From an uncultured Oligoflexia bacterium (GTDB lineage Bacteria > Bdellovibrionota > UBA1018 > UBA6935), in contig CAXGWU010000036.1 of assembly GCA_964013565.1 (NCBI GenBank), positions 1 through 29,227 of the forward strand: a DNA stretch of 29,227 nt. Reading direction: 5' to 3'. Within the stretch, counting starts at the first letter, position 1. The number at the start of each line of letters is the position of its first letter. Positions 23,208-29,227 of this stretch are shown in pieces. Below the pieces are notes generated by a model. That model did not search any database. It worked only from the letters and a program-made list of their open reading frames with translations, and had not been told where the DNA came from. The position numbers were made by a program, and so were the translations under genes.

Positions 23208-23609
23208 ATGAGCAATGGATATGGAGCATATAAGCAAACAGCCGTAATGACAGCGAGTCCCGTTCAAATTTTATTAATGCTTTACGAGGCTGCCATTAAA
23301 TATGTCAAAAAAGCATCGATCGCAATTGATAAAGAGGATATGAAAATCAAAGGTGAATCAATAATCAAGGCACATGACATTGTGATCGAATTAACGACTT
23401 CTTTAGATCATGAAAAAGGTGGAAAAGTTGCTGAAGATTTAGAAGCCCTGTACAATTTTATGACAGAGAAGCTCGTAAGCGCTAATCTGAATAATAGCAA
23501 GGAAGATTTAGCTGCTGTTCAAAAATCTCTTGAAACTTTACTGGAAGGCTGGAGAGGTGCAGCAGAAAAAATAGCTAAAGGGATAGCCGATCAAGGAACG
23601 AATGGTTAG
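23208..23609 (+). CDS. fliS: flagellin-specific export chaperone FliS
   Basis: 133 aa. YKQTAVMTASPVQILLMLYEAAIKYVKKA is the typical FliS N-terminal helix, and the protein has the four-helix length. Confidence 0.92.
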   Translation: MSNGYGAYKQTAVMTASPVQILLMLYEAAIKYVKKASIAIDKEDMKIKGESIIKAHDIVIELTTSLDHEKGGKVAEDLEALYNFMTEKLVSANLNNSKEDLAAVQKSLETLLEGWRGAAEKIAKGIADQGTNG

Positions 23610-23612
23610 AGT

Positions 23613-24041
23613 ATGAATATCGTTGAACTCGTAGTACAGAAAAATAAACTTTTAAGAAAGTTTAGAGATTTAACTGTCCACTTTATTAATACACCACTGG
23701 ATCCTCAGTTAGTACAGCTTATACATTTACAAAATAAACGAGATTCTGTGATTAAAGCATGTGAAATTGTTGATGATCAGATCAATCGAAAATTAAAAGA
23801 AATAGAAAAACTAAAATTATCTGAATCTGATCGATTGCATTTAAAGTCTGAATTTGAAGAAAAAGAAAGAATTGTACAAGAAATAAAAGTTTTAGATGAA
23901 AAAGTAATTCAAATGATTCGAGAGGAACAAGATAAGGTTTCTTTAGAAATGACTAAAACTAAAGAAAAAACATCAAAAATGAATAAATTTAAAAGTAAAA
24001 ATGAAAAAGATCGAGGTCGGGAGTTAGATCAACAAGTATGA
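23613..24041 (+). CDS. coiled-coil protein in the FliT position (possible FliT/FlgN-like chaperone)
   Basis: 142-aa K/E-rich helical ORF starting 4 nt after fliS. The synteny flaG-fliD-fliS-fliT is known from Bacillus. I recognised no diagnostic motif. Confidence 0.4.
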   Translation: MNIVELVVQKNKLLRKFRDLTVHFINTPLDPQLVQLIHLQNKRDSVIKACEIVDDQINRKLKEIEKLKLSESDRLHLKSEFEEKERIVQEIKVLDEKVIQMIREEQDKVSLEMTKTKEKTSKMNKFKSKNEKDRGRELDQQV

Positions 24042-25165
24042 ATCAAAATGATTTAGACATTCAAAATAAAATTTTGGATACGATAAAAAACAAAACTGAT
24101 TTTAAAGATTCAACAGAGATTGATATGATTCGTTATGGAAAAGATCCAAACTCTGAATCATATCTTGTTACTGTAAATGATAAAATTAATGATAAAATAA
24201 TAAAGGAATTTGATGAAGAGCAAGAACAGAGTCGGCCTTATCGATCTTCCCCTAAGTTGAGACCTGCGTTTTCAAAGACAGGTACATTAGATATCGAGTT
24301 TTTATTTGAAAATGCAAAAATATTAGTAAAAGCAAAAGACTTTGATTTAGCGAGAAATATTTATAATGCCATTATTAAAAATGGAAGTCATTCAGCAGAA
24401 GGTCTGTTTGGAATAGCGATTACTTATGAAGGTGAGAAAGACTATGAAAAAGCACTTTCTTATTATGAAGAGTCCGCAGCATATCACCCTTCTTTTAAAA
24501 CTTTCAAAAGACTTTGTTCAGTATTGCAACGGCTTGGTCGTTGGACTTATGCAGCAGAAACTTATGAAAGAGCTTTGTTACTGAAAAACGTCGAAAATGA
24601 AGATCAAGTTTATCTCCATTTTCAGGCAGCTGAATGTTGGCAAAAAGCAGAACGGTTTACTGAAGCAGAAATTCACTATAAGCAGGTGACAAAAATCGCG
24701 CCTAAAGACTCAAGAAGTTATAATGCATTAGGATCATTAGAAATGAGCAGAAATCGTGTTCCTGAAGCTCTTGAGTATTTTAAAAAAGGAAGTCAGATAC
24801 ACTCAGAAGATGCATCTTCTTATTTTGGTATGGGCTCATGCTATTTAAGTCTAGGAAAAAGGCTTCAAGCAATGGATTCATTTGCAAAAAGTTTAGAAAG
24901 AAATATTCAAAATCCAACAGCTATTTTTTATTTAGTAAGATTGGGTTTTGAACTTAAACTTTACGAAAAAGCGGAAAAACTAGTTCAAAAGTATGTAAAT
25001 CAAGCACCGATTAATCCTAATCTTTTGTATAGCTTGGCTGCAATGCAATACCATATTCATCACTATGAAGATTCACTTAAAAATATACAAAAACTTTTAC
25101 AAATGAGAGCGGAACACGAAGGAGCTAAAAAACTCAAAAAGTTAGTTTTAAAAAAAATGAATTAA
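24038..25165 (+). CDS. TPR-repeat protein
   Basis: 375 aa. From about residue 95 onward it has at least 6 TPR-like units (for example AEGLFGIAITYEGEKDYEKALSYYEESAAYHP and SRSYNALGSLEMSRNRVPEALEYFKKGSQIHSE). Its start overlaps the upstream stop (ATGA). Confidence 0.8.
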   Translation: MNQNDLDIQNKILDTIKNKTDFKDSTEIDMIRYGKDPNSESYLVTVNDKINDKIIKEFDEEQEQSRPYRSSPKLRPAFSKTGTLDIEFLFENAKILVKAKDFDLARNIYNAIIKNGSHSAEGLFGIAITYEGEKDYEKALSYYEESAAYHPSFKTFKRLCSVLQRLGRWTYAAETYERALLLKNVENEDQVYLHFQAAECWQKAERFTEAEIHYKQVTKIAPKDSRSYNALGSLEMSRNRVPEALEYFKKGSQIHSEDASSYFGMGSCYLSLGKRLQAMDSFAKSLERNIQNPTAIFYLVRLGFELKLYEKAEKLVQKYVNQAPINPNLLYSLAAMQYHIHHYEDSLKNIQKLLQMRAEHEGAKKLKKLVLKKMN

Positions 25166-25206
25166 TTAAAAGCTAAGGATGGGCTTTTTTCTGTCAAGGA
25201 GGACGG

Positions 25207-25383
25207 ATGATTGTTGATACGAAGTGGTTGAAGGGACGAATTGTCAAGGACCCAGAAGTAAATACGAAAGATATCGAAGGACTAATAGAAGGATTTTTAG
25301 ATAATTTAATTTCAGAGAAAACTCTAGGAAAAGTTAAAATAAACTCTAGAGTTGATAAAACGATAAAGCCAAGGAGCAAATAG
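25207..25383 (+). CDS. unannotated small ORF (58 aa), hypothetical
   Basis: I translated it by hand as MIVDTKWLKGRIVKDPEVNTKDIEGLIEGFLDNLISEKTLGKVKINSRVDKTIKPRSK. A strong AAGGAGG Shine-Dalgarno ends 4 nt before the ATG. The stop is 2 nt before the next ATG, and the ORF's last codons supply that gene's AAGGAG Shine-Dalgarno. It falls below the 60-aa cutoff of the ORF track. Confidence 0.45.
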   Translation: MIVDTKWLKGRIVKDPEVNTKDIEGLIEGFLDNLISEKTLGKVKINSRVDKTIKPRSK

Positions 25384-25385
25384 GC

Positions 25386-27179
25386 ATGAATGAGCAAGGA
25401 TCGCTCGTTAATAAAAAAAATATAAAATGTTTAGTCGTACAATTGGGGCCATTATCAGACACAATACAGTCGCTCATGGCACTTCGAGCGGCCAAACAAC
25501 TCTATCCCAATGTAGACTTTTCAATGGTAGTCCGGAGTCAACACTCCGCTGCAGCAAGAAGAGTAGATTGGTTAGAGAATGTATTTACTCTACCTACAGA
25601 AGCTATTATCAATCAAATTGTCGATTCAGAAAAAACAATTAAAGAAGGGATGGCAGATTTAGGACTTTGGTTATCCCCTGTTGTTGGAAATGGATGGGAC
25701 TTTTTAGTTAATTGGACGTATTCACAAGCGAGTAGTTATTTGTCAAGTTTAATTCCTGCACAAATTAAATTAGGATATGTTCGGGAGAACAAACAGTCTC
25801 TTCTCTGTTCAGATGGTTGGAGTTGTTATATTCATGCAGCAGTTCAATCTGATATAAAACAAAATATACATTTAACAGATATTTTAACAACTCAGTTACT
25901 CACAACTTTCCAGATTCATCTGGGAGAGCCGGAAGATAACGGAGAAAAGGCTGTTACCTCTAAATCTTTTTTTGTTTTAGATTCTGGTGCTGTGGATTCT
26001 GCATGGGATTATCTTTATTCTTCAAAAAAATGGATATGTATTCACATCAGAAATGAAGAAAAACATAAGAATTGGTCAAGTCTAGAATGGAGTGAATTTG
26101 CTTCTTTTTTATTAAGACGTCATCCAGAATACAACATCGTTATTACTGGAGACGAAAAAGAGAAAAATTTTTCAAATGAATGTTATCAAAATTTAATCAG
26201 AGATCTTCCTGAATGTGAGAATAGAGTTTTATCTCTCGTAGGAGAAACTGATTTTGATTTATGGACGTCTATTGTTGGAAAATGTGCATGGTTAGTGTCT
26301 TCCGATATTACAGCTGTTCAGCTGGCAAGTGTATTAGGAACGAGAATTCTTCATCTTGCTCCTGGAGATGTTAAATATTATGAGATTGGTCCTTACGGGA
26401 ATAGTCACTATGTGGTTACATCAAACGAAAAGATTCGGGTAGAAGCAGCATATGCTGTCTGGTCTTACGCAAGTAGCGAGTGGGCTCATCATGGAAACAA
26501 AACAATCTACGAACACTTTCAACAACTAGGATATTCTGGACTTATTTCAAAAACCGATGTTTTAAGAACTAAAATTAGATCCACTCAAAATGGAGGCGGT
26601 GTTTTTTATGAGCGACTGATAAAAGAACATTACGAACTTTCAGATTTAGTTGCTAACGTTATTGGACAAATTGCTCGTGGTTGGTATTGTGGTTGGATCG
26701 CTCCCACAGGACAAGAAATTAATAGAGAGTTTATTACACCTGAACTGATTAAAGAAATTCGATTGATGCTTGAGTCTTCTCTGGTTTTGTACCGGGTTAC
26801 TTTAGAAGCAGTTAATGTAGCCACTGAACTGGTAGATGTTTCAGGAAGATTGAAGTCAGATAAAATCATGAGCCTGAATGAGCGAGATAAAATTCAATCG
26901 ATTGGAAAGAAGCTCATTGAACTCGATGCACTCATTGATCGTCTCGCTAAAGCCCAACCGATGCTGGCAATTTTCGCAAAAATGAGTCAAGTGCTTATTC
27001 ATAATTTAGAAAGTGAAAAATTATCTTCTGCAGCAAGAGACACCGCAGAAGTTTATCGTCAAATGAATGAAGGTGTTGCTGTTTTAAGAGAATGGCTTGA
27101 ACATACGATAGAAATTTCAAAACCCGTAATTGTTCAAAAGCGCCCTCTTCAATTAATCGAAGGACAACGTAAACTTTAA
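25386..27179 (+). CDS. GT9 (heptosyltransferase-family) glycosyltransferase domain fused to a ~200-aa helical C-terminal domain
   Basis: N-terminal KCLVVQLGPLSDTIQSLMALRAAKQLYPNVDFSMVVRSQH resembles the GT9 start (ILVIRL.SLGDV....P.L.AL...P.A.I..LV). Later, LVGETDFDLWTSIVGKCAWLVSSDITAVQLASVLGTRILHL resembles the GT9 donor-binding region. Residues about 400-597 are an extra helical region. Confidence 0.65.
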   Translation: MNEQGSLVNKKNIKCLVVQLGPLSDTIQSLMALRAAKQLYPNVDFSMVVRSQHSAAARRVDWLENVFTLPTEAIINQIVDSEKTIKEGMADLGLWLSPVVGNGWDFLVNWTYSQASSYLSSLIPAQIKLGYVRENKQSLLCSDGWSCYIHAAVQSDIKQNIHLTDILTTQLLTTFQIHLGEPEDNGEKAVTSKSFFVLDSGAVDSAWDYLYSSKKWICIHIRNEEKHKNWSSLEWSEFASFLLRRHPEYNIVITGDEKEKNFSNECYQNLIRDLPECENRVLSLVGETDFDLWTSIVGKCAWLVSSDITAVQLASVLGTRILHLAPGDVKYYEIGPYGNSHYVVTSNEKIRVEAAYAVWSYASSEWAHHGNKTIYEHFQQLGYSGLISKTDVLRTKIRSTQNGGGVFYERLIKEHYELSDLVANVIGQIARGWYCGWIAPTGQEINREFITPELIKEIRLMLESSLVLYRVTLEAVNVATELVDVSGRLKSDKIMSLNERDKIQSIGKKLIELDALIDRLAKAQPMLAIFAKMSQVLIHNLESEKLSSAARDTAEVYRQMNEGVAVLREWLEHTIEISKPVIVQKRPLQLIEGQRKL

Positions 27180-27189
27180 GGAGTCGATC

Positions 27190-27789
27190 TTGATTTATCA
27201 AATTTCACTAAATGGTGAGAAAAAAGAAATCCAACTGGGCGATAAATTACAAATTTTATCTCAGTTAGTTGAATGTATTGAAAGTAATTTAAATAAAGAA
27301 ACTCAAGTGATATCGGAACTTAAACTTGGTGGAATTTCTTATGATTGGAGTACGCATGGTTCTGATATTGAAATCAATTCAAATCAGCTTTCTGAAATAG
27401 AAGTTTGGACAAAGAATCCTAAAGAAATTGCAATTGAATCATTAGAGTATTTGAAAAAATATTGCTCAATTTTAATTCAGTTTTGTGATGACCTTAAACC
27501 TTTAGTTTTTGAACCTCAATTTGAACGATTTTATGTTCAACTGATCGATGGTCTAATGACTTTTTCAGAAACTTTAAGTGTTTCAAAAAAGATTTTATTA
27601 AAAGAATCAATTCAAAATTTAGATCTTTTAGAAAATGATTTAAAATCGATTATAAAAGATATGCATGATTCAAAAAGGGATTCAGAGTTAGAGTATTTTA
27701 AATTACTTTTAAGTAAGTATTTGCCTCAGAATTTACTTTCATGGCAGAATACGGGTATCAATCAAATTATTCGTCTACACGAAGTTTAA
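27190..27789 (+). CDS. hypothetical protein, coupled to the GT9-like gene
   Basis: 199-aa ORF with a TTG start 6 nt after an AAGGAG Shine-Dalgarno that overlaps the upstream stop. No motif recognised. Confidence 0.5.
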   Translation: MIYQISLNGEKKEIQLGDKLQILSQLVECIESNLNKETQVISELKLGGISYDWSTHGSDIEINSNQLSEIEVWTKNPKEIAIESLEYLKKYCSILIQFCDDLKPLVFEPQFERFYVQLIDGLMTFSETLSVSKKILLKESIQNLDLLENDLKSIIKDMHDSKRDSELEYFKLLLSKYLPQNLLSWQNTGINQIIRLHEV

Positions 27790-27846
27790 ATAAGTCCTGA
27801 AAGTTTTATAAAAAAACTCCCAGAACTTAACTTATAAATAATTAAT

Positions 27847-27865
27847 CACCAGATACTCTCTGGTG
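27847..27865. terminator. short hairpin between convergent genes (possible weak bidirectional terminator)
   Basis: caccaga, a tactc loop, then tctggtg (7-bp stem). The flanks are A/T-rich on both sides, with no clean U-run. Confidence 0.25.
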
Positions 27866-27982
27866 GAGTTGAGTTATTTTGAAACCATCGTTTGTATTTA
27901 ATTCGACAACCGTAAATTTTTGTTTGATTTCGTGCTACTGGTAATTAATGATTCGAAATAAATGAGTGACGACTGTTTCATC

Positions 27983-29227
27983 TTATTTTTTATTTTCTAG
28001 TTTAACTTTAATATGTTTTTCTAATCCGTTTTCAGTTGGAGTGTAGAATTTTTTATTTTCAATTTCTTTAGGAAGTAAAGGATGTGTCACTTTTTGATCG
28101 TGTGCATATTGATATCCGACTCCATATCCTTCTTTTTTCATAAGTGAGGTAGGAGCATTTTTTAAGTACATGGGTGGAGGTAGCGCTCCGCTTTTTCTTA
28201 CCTCACTTATTGCCTTATCAATGGCAAGGTAAGATGCATTGCTTTTAGGAGCACATGAGAGGTAAATTACCGCCTGAGAGAGCGGGATTCGAGCTTCTGG
28301 CATGCCTATGAGAGAAACGGCTTGTTGGGCAGCTATCGCAACTTGAAGGGCTTGAGGGTCTGCATTTCCGATGTCTTCAGATGCCAAAATAACAAGGCGT
28401 CTAGAAATGAAGACAGGGTCTTCCCCTCCCTCTAGCATTCGGGCTAAATAATAAACGCCTGCATCGGGACTTGAGCTTCGAATACTTTTTATAAAAGCTG
28501 ATGTGATATCATAGTGGGCCTCTCCTTTTTTGTCATATGAAAGAACTGGAGAGTGTTGGATTTTTTCACAAATGTTATCGTAGTCATCAAGATTTATTTT
28601 TTCAGAGGTGGATTGTTTATTTTGAATGATAGTTTCAATTTGTTCTAAATGCCCAAGCACAAACCGAGCGTCGCCTTGAGAGTTTTGAGAAATCAATTCA
28701 ATGACTTCTTTAGTTAATGAATAGGAAATTTTTTTTGAATTTTTTAAAGCTCGTTCGATGATTTTTTTTATTGCTTCTTTTGATAAAGCTTCGAGACGAA
28801 TTACATTTGATCTTGAAAGAAGTGCCTGATTGATCTCGAAAGAAGGATTTTCTGTAGTTGCTCCAATAAGAGTAAGTGTTCCATTTTCTACATGTGGAAG
28901 AAGGGCATCTTGCTGAGTTTTATTAAAACGGTGAATCTCATCAATAAAGAGAATGGTGGATTGGTTGTGGAGACTTTTGATCATTTTTGCTTTTTCAACA
29001 GCTTCTTTAATTTCTTTAATACCACCCATGACTGCACTGATATTTACAAAGTGATGAGCAGTTTTTTTTGCAATGATTTGCGCAAGTGAAGTTTTTCCGC
29101 ATCCTGGAGGTCCCCATAAAATTAATGAAGGGATGGAGTCCTTTTTAATCCATTCTAGCAAGGGAGAACCTTCTGAGAGGTGTTTTTCATGACCATAAAA
29201 ATTCTCTAGGACCATTGGTCTCATTTG
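27983..29227 (-). CDS. rarA: replication-associated recombination protein A (RarA/MgsA AAA+ ATPase), 5' end runs off the window
   Basis: Walker A LILWGPPGCGKTSLAQIIA, Walker B ILFIDEIHRFNK, GATTENPSFE, and the MgsA C-terminal domain (YDITSAFIKSIRSSSPDAGVYYLARMLEGGEDP). The reading frame is still open at 29227, and the MRP... residues match the internal ..RMRP.. of RarA, so the N-terminus is truncated. Confidence 0.9.
   Translation of the reverse strand, partial: QMRPMVLENFYGHEKHLSEGSPLLEWIKKDSIPSLILWGPPGCGKTSLAQIIAKKTAHHFVNISAVMGGIKEIKEAVEKAKMIKSLHNQSTILFIDEIHRFNKTQQDALLPHVENGTLTLIGATTENPSFEINQALLSRSNVIRLEALSKEAIKKIIERALKNSKKISYSLTKEVIELISQNSQGDARFVLGHLEQIETIIQNKQSTSEKINLDDYDNICEKIQHSPVLSYDKKGEAHYDITSAFIKSIRSSSPDAGVYYLARMLEGGEDPVFISRRLVILASEDIGNADPQALQVAIAAQQAVSLIGMPEARIPLSQAVIYLSCAPKSNASYLAIDKAISEVRKSGALPPPMYLKNAPTSLMKKEGYGVGYQYAHDQKVTHPLLPKEIENKKFYTPTENGLEKHIKVKLENKK

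Noticed and set aside
25166-25200. Hairpin aaaagc...gctttt after the TPR gene as a terminator that splits the operon.
   Set aside because: The stem is only 6 bp and A/U-rich. A strong Shine-Dalgarno and coupled ORFs follow immediately, so read-through is more likely.
305-29089. Short ORFs in the six-frame track that lie inside or antisense to the well-supported genes: 305-511, 333-566, 829-1056, 909-1091, 1974-2159, 1993-2178, 3103-3354, 4729-4920, 8022-8345, 8670-8867, 9562-9768, 10990-11196, 12647-12865, 12869-13060, 14439-14639, 15063-15260, 17870-18124, 19961-20266, 21532-21744, 22211-22654, 23041-23229, 25194-25397, 25427-25642, 26630-26869, 26995-27201 and 28892-29089.
   Set aside because: Most overlap a longer ORF with clear family motifs in another frame or strand. 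They have low-complexity or Cys/Phe/Leu-rich translations typical of shadow frames in AT-rich DNA, and none has a convincing Shine-Dalgarno. ORF 17870-18124 lies mostly in the flagellin-1 upstream region and looks equally non-coding.

Overview
This is a 29.2-kb, visibly AT-rich chromosomal segment from a flagellated Gram-negative bacterium. The protein style and the two short 277-aa flagellins suggest a Bdellovibrionota/Bacteriovorax-like organism, but this is a low-confidence guess. I support about 28 real CDS. I recognised no rRNA, tRNA, CRISPR array, IS element or prophage. Positions 148-8557 hold housekeeping and envelope genes: an APC permease, an EamA transporter, trmFO, a Xer-type recombinase, DedA, an M14 peptidase and an ArnT/PMT-like GT-C glycosyltransferase. 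The trmFO/xer divergent intergenic region carries four perfect DnaA boxes, three of them phased exactly 11 bp apart. Positions 8511-15857 (minus strand) are the most interesting part. They hold a tightly coupled six-gene operon behind a sigma-28-like promoter, encoding an outer-membrane barrel candidate, a TPR lipoprotein, a 773-aa bitopic protein, a stand-alone cNMP-binding protein, MotA and MotB. The 773-aa protein has a periplasmic half that looks like two YscJ/FliF-type ring-building modules and a cytoplasmic half that looks like FliG. A zinc-ribbon/TM/SH3 protein follows the operon. No export-gate, rod, hook or FliM/N genes are present, so this could be a minimal stator-plus-rotor machine or a novel stator scaffold. 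Positions 15923-17887 hold a hypothetical lipoprotein and MeaB. Positions 17969-27789 are a flagellar filament locus: two tandem flagellins with sigma-28-type promoters and roughly 270-280-nt leaders, then flaG, an embedded LpxH-like phosphoesterase, fliD, fliS and a FliT-position coiled-coil protein. These are followed by a translationally coupled TPR protein, an unannotated 58-aa ORF, a 597-aa GT9 (heptosyltransferase-family) fusion protein and a 199-aa unknown. The window ends in a 5'-truncated rarA. All homology calls come from reading motifs by eye, with no searches run.
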